Assembly: GCA_049516875.1 (NCBI GenBank)
Contig: JBEKSS010000001.1
Coordinates: 64,001-128,000 of the forward strand
Source: Candidatus Bathyarchaeia archaeon
GTDB lineage: Archaea > Thermoproteota > Bathyarchaeia > Bathyarchaeales > Bathycorpusculaceae
Direction: 5' to 3'
DNA: 64,000 nucleotides
Position 1 is the stretch's first letter; every line of letters begins with the position of its first letter. The notes below the pieces were generated by a model. The model was not told the DNA's origin and ran no database searches. It saw nothing but the letters and a program-made list of their open reading frames with translations. Positions 28,106 to 38,711 of this stretch are shown in pieces. Made by a program: the position numbers and the translations under genes.

Positions 28106-28543
28106 TCATATGTCCAGAATGAATTTCAGTGTTACTCTTCCGGGTTCTTTGACGATCTCCATGCGGTGATAGGTGACGGCTTTGACGCCTACCTTCTGCA
28201 GATGTCTTTTTGGGTTGAACTTTTCTCCCCAAATCCTTGCTTCAAGCCTGAAACCATTTGCAGACTTTCCGATGTGTAGGATTCTGAATTTGGAGTAGAG
28301 CATCCGGTTCGTTTCAGACTTTATAAGCAAGGCTTCAAGCCAACTGTAGAGCAGGCTATACTCATCCTCGCCTTCAACCTCGACCGAGTCCTCAACCTTT
28401 GAACGTACGTTTTCAACCTCGGTCATCACGTCAAACATTGCAACCGCAGCATTCTCGAAAGCCTCAGCCAAATCCTTACCGTAGGCAGCGATGTACGCGT
28501 CTGCAGTGTGCTCCAGAAATTCATAGCCCTTTTTGTCGTCCAA
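28106..28543 (-). CDS. Archease
   Basis: YEFLEHTAD, VKAVTYH, C-terminal LDI. Confidence 0.95.
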   Translation of the reverse strand: MDDKKGYEFLEHTADAYIAAYGKDLAEAFENAAVAMFDVMTEVENVRSKVEDSVEVEGEDEYSLLYSWLEALLIKSETNRMLYSKFRILHIGKSANGFRLEARIWGEKFNPKRHLQKVGVKAVTYHRMEIVKEPGRVTLKFILDI

Positions 28544-28666
28544 CCGTCTGACCGTGAGAATAATGAAGTGTTTGGTTTTAAAACGATTTTGCATCTCGCT
28601 CAAAGTGAAAAACCTTAATTCAAGCACCAGCCAAGTTGACTCACAGTCTTGGAGGCTCAACGGGCA

Positions 28667-29638
28667 TTGAAAAAAGAAACCCCCGTTCCGCAAATCGTTC
28701 TAGCCTACTTTGCCATTGCCTTTGCCGTTCTTTTGATCGCTTATCTTTTTCCTGGACAAGACGAATCTCTCGCTTCAGTTCCAGTCCTCATGTCGCTTCT
28801 TTTGTTGATTCCACTCTACATGTGGTACAGAGATTACAGGCGGAAGAGAGAGCTTTCGAAAGAGATATGTGCAAGAAACAACAATGAAGCCATTTTCTGG
28901 GTTTTCGCACTTTTCCTTTTGGCAATGTTTGTTCGACTCCCGTCGGTTGTGGTTCTCGGTGTGCCGTTTGAAAAGATTCCTGTGATTTTTCTCACAATTT
29001 CAATGATAGTCGTCATCGAGAGAACGAACCCTTCCGCTTTTGGTTTCACCGTTAAAAAACCTGGAAGATCACTCCTTTACGGAGTATCGTTCTTCCTCAC
29101 GATGAACATACTTGCGACGGTCATCAATTATCTGCTCATCTACGGCCTCACCAACCAAATGCCGTTCGAAACGTTCACCCCTACTCCTTCCCTGCTGGTG
29201 CTGCCCTTCATGACCTTGTGCGTGGGCATTTGCGAGGAAGGACTCTTTAGAGGATACATGCAGACTCATCTTGAAAAAATCTTCAGAGTGACAGATGCCA
29301 TACTTGTCCAGGCAATTCTGTTCGGAGCCTGGCACTTGGTCTGGGATCTTTCTCCGTTCAACCCGTTTGACATGGCACAGCGAGTTTTGACTACATTCAT
29401 CATAGGACTGCTCTTCGGCTACTTCTACAGCAAAACAAGAAGTCTGACGCCGCTAATTCTTGCTCACGGCCTTTGGGACAGCGTTGCGTTGGGAATAGTT
29501 GAAAGTCAATCGGCCTTCGGGGTCCTTGGAGCGTCGCCGTTGGGTAGAGCGCTGGTTTTCCTCCTGTCATATGCAATTGCAGCACTGGTGACTTTCTTCT
29601 TCATAAGGTACTTCGTGAAAAGGATCAACGGCGCCTAA
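28667..29638 (+). CDS. CPBP (CAAX) intramembrane metalloprotease
   Basis: EEGLFRG, FGAWH, AHGLWD. Confidence 0.9.
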   Translation: MKKETPVPQIVLAYFAIAFAVLLIAYLFPGQDESLASVPVLMSLLLLIPLYMWYRDYRRKRELSKEICARNNNEAIFWVFALFLLAMFVRLPSVVVLGVPFEKIPVIFLTISMIVVIERTNPSAFGFTVKKPGRSLLYGVSFFLTMNILATVINYLLIYGLTNQMPFETFTPTPSLLVLPFMTLCVGICEEGLFRGYMQTHLEKIFRVTDAILVQAILFGAWHLVWDLSPFNPFDMAQRVLTTFIIGLLFGYFYSKTRSLTPLILAHGLWDSVALGIVESQSAFGVLGASPLGRALVFLLSYAIAALVTFFFIRYFVKRINGA

Positions 29639-30093
29639 ACTGCGCCTCGACCGAGGGCAGCAAGAATTTCAACAGCCTTCTTCACTAGAACGGTGCATTT
29701 CTCTTCAAACACGTCCTCTTCATGAGCCTTTCTAAGCTGCTTTGCATCAGAAAGATCGAACCCGATGAGCTCTCGACACATGACGTTTCCATTCTGTTTC
29801 TCAAATTGCCTATAGAACCTTTTCGCAAGCTTGTAGGCGTTAGAACGCTTTTCCGCTGAGGGTTCGTTGGTTCCATACTTTATTCCGATAGCCATCAAGC
29901 CTCCAGTCAGAGCCCCGCAAACGGAACCACACCTTCCCATTCCTCCACCAAAAGCAGTGGCAACCTTGGGGACCAGTTCACTCTTGCTGTTCCAATGTTC
30001 AAACATCGTCAACAGAACACTCTGGGAACAGTTATACCCGTCATCTCTGAAGTGCTTCACAGCCTTTACACCAATCGAGTCTTCATGATTCAT
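29635..30093 (-). CDS. C-GCAxxG-C-C family redox protein
   Basis: YNCSQS, FGGG, CGALTG, MCREL, KC. Confidence 0.9.
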   Translation of the reverse strand: MNHEDSIGVKAVKHFRDDGYNCSQSVLLTMFEHWNSKSELVPKVATAFGGGMGRCGSVCGALTGGLMAIGIKYGTNEPSAEKRSNAYKLAKRFYRQFEKQNGNVMCRELIGFDLSDAKQLRKAHEEDVFEEKCTVLVKKAVEILAALGRGAV

Positions 30094-30290
30094 CAGCTTC
30101 ACACCATCTTCCACGGCACTAGCACTCGAGACATACGTTGAGATATGTTTTGTGGGAACCATTTTATGTTTGACACATCATGCTTTGTCGGAGATGGAGA
30201 TACAAGCCAAGGCAACACTTCTTGATATCGGAGCACGCGAACGAGAGAAGTGGCACGCCGTATCTTGTTGGTTATGCGTCAAAGACGGAG

Positions 30291-31337
30291 CTAGAAGTGT
30301 TTCGGGATTTTTCTGATTGCGGCAACGGTCAGTTTCACGGTGTTTTCCACGTCGGTTAGGCTGAGGAGCGATGTTGGGCTGTGAATGTAACGTGTTGGTA
30401 TGCAGATGCTGCAGCTGGGCACTCCCTCTCTTACCAATGAGATGCGTCCGGCGTCTGTTCCTCCTGGCAAGCCTGCCTCAAGTTGGTAAGGAATTTTGTT
30501 CTCCTCCGCCACTTCTGTCAACAGTCTCAGCACCTTTGGATGTGATATGTGCAGGGAATCAGCAATCAACAACGACGGGCCTTTCTTGAGTTTGGTCGGG
30601 GCCTCAACTTCCTTGACTCCCGGGATGTCGCCGGCCACCGTCACGTCAAGCGCAAGTCCAACATCAGGATAGATTCCGAAGGCAGAGGTTGTTGCCCCGC
30701 GCGCGCCCACTTCCTCCTGCACCGTTCCCACAGCGTAAACCGTGCACTCCGTCTTCTGCAAACGCTTCAAAACCTCAATCATCGCGGTGCATCCGACCCT
30801 GTCGTCGAAAGCCTTGCCAATCACTATGTCCTTGTTGATCGCGACAAATTTCACGTCGAACCCCATCGGGTCACCGATTTTCACGCCCATTCTCTTGGCC
30901 TCCTCTTGACTGCCAGCTCCAATGTCGATGAACAACTCATCATAAGGGATGACCCTCTTGCGTTCATCTTCCTTTTGTATGTGGGGAGGCTTCGAACCTA
31001 TGATCCCGTGCAAAGGCCCTTTCTCAGTGTACACCATCACTTTCTGCGCCAGCAAAACCCGATCGTCTATTCCGCCTATTTTCGCGAACTGCAGATAACC
31101 CTCTTTCGAAACCGTCTTCACCAACAAACCGATTTCGTCCATGTGACCAGCAAGCATCACTTTAGGGGCGTTCTTCCCCCCCTCCTTAATCCCAATCACG
31201 TTACCCAGCTTATCCTCCTTGACCTCATCCACGTACGGCTTCAACAGTTTAAGCATCAAACTTCGAACTTCCTCTTCCCTGCCTGCAACTCCACAAGCAT
31301 TACAGAGCTTTTCCAAAATGTCAACTGATACCAACAT
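30291..31337 (-). CDS. M42 (TET-like) aminopeptidase
   Basis: GHMDEIG, AFDDR, QEEVG, GGTDAG, RYIHS. Confidence 0.95.
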   Translation of the reverse strand: MLVSVDILEKLCNACGVAGREEEVRSLMLKLLKPYVDEVKEDKLGNVIGIKEGGKNAPKVMLAGHMDEIGLLVKTVSKEGYLQFAKIGGIDDRVLLAQKVMVYTEKGPLHGIIGSKPPHIQKEDERKRVIPYDELFIDIGAGSQEEAKRMGVKIGDPMGFDVKFVAINKDIVIGKAFDDRVGCTAMIEVLKRLQKTECTVYAVGTVQEEVGARGATTSAFGIYPDVGLALDVTVAGDIPGVKEVEAPTKLKKGPSLLIADSLHISHPKVLRLLTEVAEENKIPYQLEAGLPGGTDAGRISLVREGVPSCSICIPTRYIHSPTSLLSLTDVENTVKLTVAAIRKIPKHF

Positions 31338-31492
31338 AAGCCCTCTTAATGAGTACCTAGAACTAATGTGTTTCATATTAAACAATTGCGGTTTTCTGCG
31401 ACAAGAGAGAACCCAACTCTGGGCCAAACTGGCCCCAAAAAACGCATACGCCATAAATAGCAGTTAAGATGACTAAAAGAGGGCAATAGAGC

Positions 31493-32176
31493 ATGATTCT
31501 GAAGGCCGTGCTTTTTGACCTGCATGACACATTAGTCCACCTCGAAAACCCGTTAAGTTCAGAGGAGGTCTCAGAATTCCTGTTGGAGCACGGCTATGAA
31601 GTTTATCCCCAGTCTTGGGACGCCGCATCCCATTATGTAGGCATGGTAGACTACCCAAAACGGGGATACCGCAACAGACAAGCTTTTCTTAAGCAGGTTT
31701 TGCATCGACTTGACACTAAAATTGACAGTGAAAGCTTACAGGGTCTTGCGCTACTCCACAATCGCCGCAACGCTTACACCCTGTTTCCAGACGCTGTTCC
31801 CGCCGTCCTTAGAGCCAAACAGCTCGGTATGAAAACTGCCATCATCACTACCATCCCAGACTTCGTCTTCGACGCTGCAATAAAGCCCATCAAAGACCAC
31901 TTTGACGTGATTATGACAGGCTACAAAGCAGGCTGCGAAAAATCCAACCCGCTAATGCACAGGAAAACCCTCAAGGAACTTGACGTCATCCCAGACCAAG
32001 CAGTCATGATAGGCGATGAACCGCTCGTAGACGTGAAAATCCCAAAGAAACTCGGCATGCACATAATCCTGCTTGACAGAAAAAACACGCGTCAAAGCAA
32101 GCCAGACGAAGCCGACAACAAAGCCTCAACACTAACAGAAGCAATGACCACAGTGGAGAAATGGCATAAGACGTGA
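31493..32176 (+). CDS. HAD-family hydrolase
   Basis: FDLHDTL, EKSNP, IGDEPLVD. Confidence 0.88.
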   Translation: MILKAVLFDLHDTLVHLENPLSSEEVSEFLLEHGYEVYPQSWDAASHYVGMVDYPKRGYRNRQAFLKQVLHRLDTKIDSESLQGLALLHNRRNAYTLFPDAVPAVLRAKQLGMKTAIITTIPDFVFDAAIKPIKDHFDVIMTGYKAGCEKSNPLMHRKTLKELDVIPDQAVMIGDEPLVDVKIPKKLGMHIILLDRKNTRQSKPDEADNKASTLTEAMTTVEKWHKT

Positions 32177-32314
32177 CCCTTCCAACATTTCCGCAGAAAC
32201 GCACGTGTTTGTTCCTTACACTTTGCTTCAAGCCCAAGTGAATTGCCCCACAAGCCAAGGGCACGCGCTGCTCAAACCTTTTTTACAGCGTGACGTATTC
32301 TGAGTAGTGGTCTG

Positions 32315-33007
32315 TTGCGCAAAACTCGGGCAGTGAGCCTAATTGCAACCTTTGGAGCCTTGCATGCAGTGCTCGCCTTCATCTCGCTAGGAATCGGGCC
32401 TTGGCGCAACTGGGCAGTCTATCTGGAGCCTTTCGAAGGAATAATTCTCGGTCCACAAATCGGCTTCTTCGCCGCCCTTATCGGCAGTTCAATCGCCAGA
32501 ATGGCTTGGCAAAGCAGCGACTGGATGTTCGGCGTGATTGCGGAGCCACTGAGCGTTTTGATAGCTGGATTTCTGGCCAAAGCCAAATGGAAACCCGTTC
32601 TAGCAATCTACTCAATAATGCTGTCAGCCTATTTCATACATCCATTCGGAAGAGAGCTTCCACTCTGGACAATCTTGGACATCCTGCTCACCATATTCCT
32701 CATCTATCCTGCCGCGAAGCTCAGCAGCAACCTGTTCGGAACTGACGTTAGACGCTTGTCGATTGCCCTTGCTTTGATATCCTTCACAGTCATAGTCACT
32801 GACTCGCTTGTCAGAGTGTTTCTACTCGTCCCAGTCGGCCTTTACAACCTTTTCACGCTTGACTTTGGTTATCTTCAAGGCATGTTCATCACAGCGGCGG
32901 GCTTCTCCTATCTTGAAGATGCCGTCGCCGTCGCCATATCATTCCTTGTTGGCGTCCCTTTGCTCACCAGAATTCTCAAGCTGGGACACAATAACAAGCA
33001 AGAATAG
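32315..33007 (+). CDS. Membrane protein, ECF S-component-like
   Basis: GIILGPQIGFFAALIG motif, ~6-7 TM. Confidence 0.65.
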   Translation: MRKTRAVSLIATFGALHAVLAFISLGIGPWRNWAVYLEPFEGIILGPQIGFFAALIGSSIARMAWQSSDWMFGVIAEPLSVLIAGFLAKAKWKPVLAIYSIMLSAYFIHPFGRELPLWTILDILLTIFLIYPAAKLSSNLFGTDVRRLSIALALISFTVIVTDSLVRVFLLVPVGLYNLFTLDFGYLQGMFITAAGFSYLEDAVAVAISFLVGVPLLTRILKLGHNNKQE

Positions 33008-33096
33008 ACCACAAGGCAACTTCTTTCTTGGTTAGCAGGAAAATGTTACGGCAATTCTTAAATGTTCAAGGTTTCAACTTTAGCGCAGGTGCAATC

Positions 33097-34059
33097 TTGT
33101 CGCAACCGCAGTTCAAAAAAGTGTTCATCTTCCTGGACACAGACAAGCACGCAAGCCCCTTTGACATGCTGACAACCATAGACGCTTTTCCAGATGCTAC
33201 TATCATGAAGTTCGAAAACGTGACCGCTGAGGATGCGGACCGAATCCTGTACGACGCAATGTTCCCCAGAGGGCCTGAGGGAGCAAAACACACGAAGGTC
33301 TTCATCAACGGACGCGACTTTGACCTCGCAAACGAAATTCTGGGACGAGCCAAGAAATGCATGTTTCCACCCTTCGAGCTCTCAGTGATAATCGACCCCC
33401 GAGGAGCTTACACAACCGCGTCGGCCGCAGTTGCCAAAACCCTGAAGGTCTCGCTTGAAAAAAACCTTGGAACCTTAGAGAACAAGGATGTCGCCGTGCT
33501 GGCAGGAACCGGACCGGTCGGCCAAACCGCGGCGAGGCTGTACGCATCTGAAAAGGCCAAGGTAATCGTGACTTCGCGCACGCTGCAAAGGGCCTCATCC
33601 GTAGCAGCGAAGATAAACGAAGAGTTCGAAACTGAAACAGTCAGCGGTTTTCAAGCTCAGACCTCTGAAGACGTTGGAAAGGCCATAGCAAACGCGGAAA
33701 TCATTCTCTCAGCCGGAGCAGCCGGAACCGAACTACTCCCATTAGGCGTGCTCAAGGAAAGCGGGAAAAAATGCAAAATCGTAGCCGATATCAACGCGAT
33801 TCCACCGCTCGGAGTTGCAGGCTTGGACTCTAACACGGATGGCAAGGAGATGCTGCCCGGCGTTTTCGGCATCGGCGCACTTGCTATCGGAAAACTCAAG
33901 AACAAAATCGAGGTGGCACTAATCAAAAGGGCTGCAGAAGAGCCTAAAGGCATATTCGACTACAGAATGGCCTATGAACTAGCCAAGAAATCGGTGACTG
34001 AAAAGCGGGAAGACAAGAAAACCCCCAAGACTGAACCTCCGAAAAGCTGGCTCCCCTAA
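33097..34059 (+). CDS. NAD(P)-dependent methylene-H4MPT dehydrogenase (MtdA/MtdB family)
   Basis: DTDKHASPFD, FPRG, DPRGAYTTASAAV, AGTGPVG, DINAIPPLG, GALAIG. Confidence 0.85.
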   Translation: MSQPQFKKVFIFLDTDKHASPFDMLTTIDAFPDATIMKFENVTAEDADRILYDAMFPRGPEGAKHTKVFINGRDFDLANEILGRAKKCMFPPFELSVIIDPRGAYTTASAAVAKTLKVSLEKNLGTLENKDVAVLAGTGPVGQTAARLYASEKAKVIVTSRTLQRASSVAAKINEEFETETVSGFQAQTSEDVGKAIANAEIILSAGAAGTELLPLGVLKESGKKCKIVADINAIPPLGVAGLDSNTDGKEMLPGVFGIGALAIGKLKNKIEVALIKRAAEEPKGIFDYRMAYELAKKSVTEKREDKKTPKTEPPKSWLP

Positions 34060-34493
34060 GGCATAGCCTGCTTGATGTGCAACGCGTTCAGGTCCAATTC
34101 CTTTCTATTCGGTCTAAAACCATAATTGCTGCCGAATCTGATTCCGAAACCGTCCCCGTTGAACCTGGGAATAACGTGCAAATGAACGTGAAGCACCTCC
34201 TGACCAGCAGCCTCACCATCCGCCAAGTGCAAGTTTACCCCCTCACACTTCAAACCTGAAAACCTGAGACCTGCGGCAACCCGCATCGCAACCCTGAACA
34301 GATGCCCTCCCGTTTCTTCATCAAGCTCCTCCAAGCGTGGAACATGACGCTTCGGAACCACAAGCATGTGACCCGGATTGACAGGCTGAATATCCATGAA
34401 CGCCAAAACTCTCTCATCAGAATAAACCATGCTTGCCTGAGTGACGTCTCCAACGATCCGACAGAAGACACAGCCTTCCAACACCAACACCAT
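34056..34493 (-). CDS. HIT-family hydrolase
   Basis: CVFC, PGH, GQEVLHVHLHVIPR. Confidence 0.92.
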   Translation of the reverse strand: MVLVLEGCVFCRIVGDVTQASMVYSDERVLAFMDIQPVNPGHMLVVPKRHVPRLEELDEETGGHLFRVAMRVAAGLRFSGLKCEGVNLHLADGEAAGQEVLHVHLHVIPRFNGDGFGIRFGSNYGFRPNRKELDLNALHIKQAMP

Positions 34494-34646
34494 GGAAAAA
34501 AGATTTCCCTCCGATTTATATGCATGTTCATTGCAGGCGAGAGCAGAATACTGTTTGCAACGCTGTGTACGCATTGAAAGGCAAGCTTTAAAGAAAAGTG
34601 CGGTATTATCTGTTTGGTCCAATGGAATTTCCAGACTTGAACCCTC

Positions 34647-35648
34647 ATGAGTGAACTTGGCTCGCGCGATGCATCTGCTTCAGGGAAGGCTATAGTAGCG
34701 GAGCACCTGTGCAAGATTTTTGAGGTTACGAAGGGGATGGTGCGAAGAAGAAAGAGCCAGGTGGTTGCCTTGAAGGACGTTTCCTTCGAGGTGGACTATG
34801 GTGAACTTTTCGGACTGGTAGGCCCGAACGGTGCCGGAAAGACAACCACGATAAAGATTCTGACCACCATGCTCATTCCCACCTCGGGCAGAGCCACGGT
34901 GCTGGGCTATGACAGCGAGAAAGAAGTTACAAGAATCAGAGAAAAAATCGGCATAGTCCTGGGGGGAGAAAGGGGGCTGTACACAAGAGTCAGCGCCGTA
35001 GACAATCTCCGATACTTCGCCGACCTCTACGGAGTGCCCAAAAACGTCCGAGATAAGAGAATAAAAGAACTACTGGAGTTCATGGGACTCTCAGACAAGG
35101 CCAACAACCGCGTAGAAACATACTCCAAAGGCATGAAACAACGGCTACACTTGGCAAGAGGATTGATCAATGATCCTGAAATCATCTTCCTGGACGAGCC
35201 GACAGTCGGGCTGGACCCTGAAATCGCCATAGAAACAAGAAAAATGATCAGAGAACTGGTTGAGAAAGGCAAGACCATCCTGTTAACGACGCACTACATG
35301 TTTGAAGCCGACGAGCTCTGCAGGAGAGTGGCGATAATAAGAAACGGCGACATCGTGGCCCTCGACACGCCGTCAGGACTTAAGAAATACGTCATGGAAA
35401 CGAGCGTCGTGGAGGTTGAAGGATTCGGAATCACAGAAAAGGAAGTCGCCAGGTTCAAAGAAATGAAAGACGTCCTGTCAGTCAGCGCCGACCTGGGCGA
35501 GAACAAGCAGATACTGAAGATTCAAACTCCAAAAGGCTCCGAAATAATCTCAGAAGTGCAGGAGATACTCAGGAACAGCCGCATCTACGACATCAAAATC
35601 AAAGAGCCAACACTAGAAGACGCCTACTTGAAACTCGTAACAAGCTAG
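34647..35648 (+). CDS. ABC-2 exporter ATP-binding protein
   Basis: GPNGAGKT, YSKGM, LDEPT, TTH. Confidence 0.95.
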   Translation: MSELGSRDASASGKAIVAEHLCKIFEVTKGMVRRRKSQVVALKDVSFEVDYGELFGLVGPNGAGKTTTIKILTTMLIPTSGRATVLGYDSEKEVTRIREKIGIVLGGERGLYTRVSAVDNLRYFADLYGVPKNVRDKRIKELLEFMGLSDKANNRVETYSKGMKQRLHLARGLINDPEIIFLDEPTVGLDPEIAIETRKMIRELVEKGKTILLTTHYMFEADELCRRVAIIRNGDIVALDTPSGLKKYVMETSVVEVEGFGITEKEVARFKEMKDVLSVSADLGENKQILKIQTPKGSEIISEVQEILRNSRIYDIKIKEPTLEDAYLKLVTS

Positions 35649-35664
35649 CAACAGAGGTGCAAAA

Positions 35665-36477
35665 GTGTCAAAACCGCTGACAGTTATCTACAGCGCCTTC
35701 AGAATGGCCATGCTTCACTGGATGGCCGATCCCCAGTGGATCATCCCCAACATCATCGCACCCTTCGTGTTCACCACTGTGGCGCTGACGCTCTTCAAAG
35801 GCTCCAGCGCACCGTTCGGCCTCTACGCCGTTTTAGGCGGCGGGATGATGGGCATGTGGGGCAACACCATCTACTCGTCAGGGTTCGCCATCGAATTCGA
35901 AAAGTGGCAAGGAACACTGGAAGAAGTGATAGCGGCCCCCTCCAAACTCATCCACGTGATCGCCGGAAGATCAATCTCAAACGCTCTGTTCGGCCTAACC
36001 AACATGGTGGCGGTACTCATCGTGGGAACACTCGTCTTCAACATCTCCCTCGGAATAGCTAATCCCATCCTGTTCACCATCTCGCTATTACTCACGCTCC
36101 TTTCAGTCTCTGCTTTGGGCTTGATATTCGCTTCCGCCTTTGTACTCTCCAGATCAGCACAGACTCTGACGAACGGGCTGGAGACTCCGCTGTACATAAT
36201 CTCGGGTTCAATGTTTCCAATAGCCCTCCTTCCCTTCTGGATTCATCCCGCAGCCTACATCCTGGGACCAACTTGGGGAATAGACGCCATCAGACTGACA
36301 ACAAGTCAAGACTACGCTTCTCAAACGTTCTGGAAAGGCATGGGAACAAACACGGCACTGTTCCTGGACTTGACGGTTATGATTCTAATAACGTTAGCAT
36401 ACGCTGTGATAGCCACTGTCTTGTTCAAGCTGGTTGAGAAGAGAGCAAGGACAAAGGGGACGCTGATTGAAGCATGA
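35665..36477 (+). CDS. ABC-2 exporter permease
   Basis: EKWQGTLE, SGSMFPI, 6 TM. Confidence 0.9.
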   Translation: MSKPLTVIYSAFRMAMLHWMADPQWIIPNIIAPFVFTTVALTLFKGSSAPFGLYAVLGGGMMGMWGNTIYSSGFAIEFEKWQGTLEEVIAAPSKLIHVIAGRSISNALFGLTNMVAVLIVGTLVFNISLGIANPILFTISLLLTLLSVSALGLIFASAFVLSRSAQTLTNGLETPLYIISGSMFPIALLPFWIHPAAYILGPTWGIDAIRLTTSQDYASQTFWKGMGTNTALFLDLTVMILITLAYAVIATVLFKLVEKRARTKGTLIEA

Positions 36478-37265
36478 ACAGCCTGAGAGTTTTCGTAAGC
36501 AGTGCCGTGTTCTCTTTCCGAGCGCAGTTCGACTGGCTGAACCCCTCCATGTGGCTGACGATGAAGCTTGTTCTTTCCTTCTCTCAAATGGCCTTCTTCG
36601 TGTTCGTCGGCCTTTTCTCCGGGGGAGGCGCAGACGTGATATCCTTCATAGCCATCGGCAACGCTCTGCAAGCTCTCTCTTGGAACACCGTGTTTTCCGT
36701 AATCCAGATCACGGGCCACGACAAATGGGACGGAACACTGCCACTGGTGCTGGCTACTCCTGCCAGCCGACTGCCCCTCTTCGTCGGCAGAGCCATGATA
36801 CACGTGCTCGATGGACTAGTCAGTGTAGCCATATCATTCTTCTTCGCCGCGTTCATATTCGGAGTAGACTTCGCACAAGCAAATGCCTTAGCCCTGGCCA
36901 TAACCGTCCTGCTGACGGCCTTCACTATGGCAGGATTCGGCCTGTTAATAGGCGGATTCAGCTTTCACTTCAGAAACCCAATAGTGTTCGCAAACATATT
37001 CACGTTCATACTTCTCATATTCTGCGGAGTCAACTTCCCAGTTGAAGCCCTGCCCCCACTAGCCCAACCAGTCTCCTACGCTTTTCCCCTGACCTACGGA
37101 ATAAACGCGGCCCGACAGGCCATAAAAGGAGCCTCACTGCTTGCAATATCTCCAATCCTTGCTGAGCAAATGGCAGTCGGCACAGTGTCAATAGCCGTTG
37201 GATACCTTCTATTCGAAGCATTCGAACGCACAGCAAGAAAAACAGGAAAAATGGAAGCACTATAG
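36474..37265 (+). CDS. ABC-2 exporter permease
   Basis: DKWDGTL, GVNFPVEALP, PLTYG. Confidence 0.9.
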   Translation: MNSLRVFVSSAVFSFRAQFDWLNPSMWLTMKLVLSFSQMAFFVFVGLFSGGGADVISFIAIGNALQALSWNTVFSVIQITGHDKWDGTLPLVLATPASRLPLFVGRAMIHVLDGLVSVAISFFFAAFIFGVDFAQANALALAITVLLTAFTMAGFGLLIGGFSFHFRNPIVFANIFTFILLIFCGVNFPVEALPPLAQPVSYAFPLTYGINAARQAIKGASLLAISPILAEQMAVGTVSIAVGYLLFEAFERTARKTGKMEAL

Positions 37266-37358
37266 CAGTAGACCTTCACCGCGACGCCGAAGAGCACAGG
37301 CTCAGGTGAAAGCGAAAGAAGTTTAAAGTTCAGCTGCGAAAAGAATGATTGTCTGCTC

Positions 37359-38708
37359 ATGATTCGTTTGTGGTTTGACAAGGGCACTATTCTGTTGCGC
37401 GGGGAGGTTGGGACTCCGTACGGCAAGTGGGATCCCAGAGTTGAGTGTTACAGAATCAAAGCCCTGCATTACTGGGACGTGCTAGCCTACCTGAAGGAAA
37501 GCAAGCTTGCGTTTCAAGATGACGTTCCAAACCTTCCCCCTGTTCAGCAGCTGAACTCAACCGTGGAACTGCGTCCTTACCAGAAAGAAGCCCTGGACAG
37601 GTGGCGCCACGCCAACATGCGCGGAATCCTAGTCCTGCCCACAGCCGCAGGCAAAACTTACGTGGCGTTGAAGGCAATAAGCCTCTTGAAAACGCAGACC
37701 TTCATCGTTGTCCCAACATTAGACCTCATAGACCAATGGCGAAAACGAGTTGCAGAGCATCTGAACACGGAAGCCGGAGCCGTTGGCGGAGGCGAAAACA
37801 CCGTGAAGATGATAACCGTCTCAACCTACGACTCGGCATACCTCCAAGCAGAAACACTCGGCAACAAGTTCATGCTAATAGTCTTCGATGAGGTTCACCA
37901 TTTGGCCTCGCCGAGCTACATGCAAATCGCCGAGATGTACATCGCACCGTACCGCATGGGCCTGACCGCAACGTACGAGAGAAGCGACGAAAGACACTCA
38001 CTCCTGCCGCCGCTGGTCGGAGACCCAGTCTACACCGTGGGCGTTGAAGAGTTGGCCGGAGAACACCTTTCACCGTACACGTACGAGAAAATATTCGTTG
38101 AATTGACCCCGGAAGAACAACGAGCCTACGAAGATGAGATGGCAACCTTCAGACTTTATCTGAGAGAAAAAGGAATCACCCTCAGGAGCGCTGAAGACTT
38201 CCAAAAGTTCATCATGGCCACCGGCAGAGACCACCGCGCGCGAGAAGCCCTCCTTGCCAGAAACCGTGCGTTAAAAATCGCACTCAACTCAGACGCAAAA
38301 CTGCGTCTCTTGGCACGACAACTTGAAGCCAACAGTAACGAAAAAACACTGATATTCACACTGCACAACGACCTCGTCTACACCATCAGCCGCAAGTTTC
38401 TGATACCAGCCATTACCTACCAAACGCCGAAAGAGGAAAGACGAGAAATTCTGGACGACTTTCGGAAAGGCGAATACAAAGCCATAGTCACCTCTCAAGT
38501 CCTCGACGAAGGCATAGACGTCCCAGACGCTTCAGCAGGCTACATAATGAGCGGAACAGGAAGCACAAGAGAATACATACAGAGACTTGGAAGAATCCTG
38601 AGAAAAGTGGAAGGCAAAAAAGCCAAGCTTGTAGAAATCGTGTCCAAAGAAACCGTGGAAGTCGAAATAAGCCGCAGACGACGACACAAAAAGACCAAGG
38701 AGGAATGA
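37359..38708 (+). CDS. xpb: XPB/Rad25-like DNA helicase
   Basis: LRPYQ, PTAAGKT, DEVHH, LTAT, QRLGRILR. Confidence 0.9.
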   Translation: MIRLWFDKGTILLRGEVGTPYGKWDPRVECYRIKALHYWDVLAYLKESKLAFQDDVPNLPPVQQLNSTVELRPYQKEALDRWRHANMRGILVLPTAAGKTYVALKAISLLKTQTFIVVPTLDLIDQWRKRVAEHLNTEAGAVGGGENTVKMITVSTYDSAYLQAETLGNKFMLIVFDEVHHLASPSYMQIAEMYIAPYRMGLTATYERSDERHSLLPPLVGDPVYTVGVEELAGEHLSPYTYEKIFVELTPEEQRAYEDEMATFRLYLREKGITLRSAEDFQKFIMATGRDHRAREALLARNRALKIALNSDAKLRLLARQLEANSNEKTLIFTLHNDLVYTISRKFLIPAITYQTPKEERREILDDFRKGEYKAIVTSQVLDEGIDVPDASAGYIMSGTGSTREYIQRLGRILRKVEGKKAKLVEIVSKETVEVEISRRRRHKKTKEE

Positions 38709-38711
38709 ACC

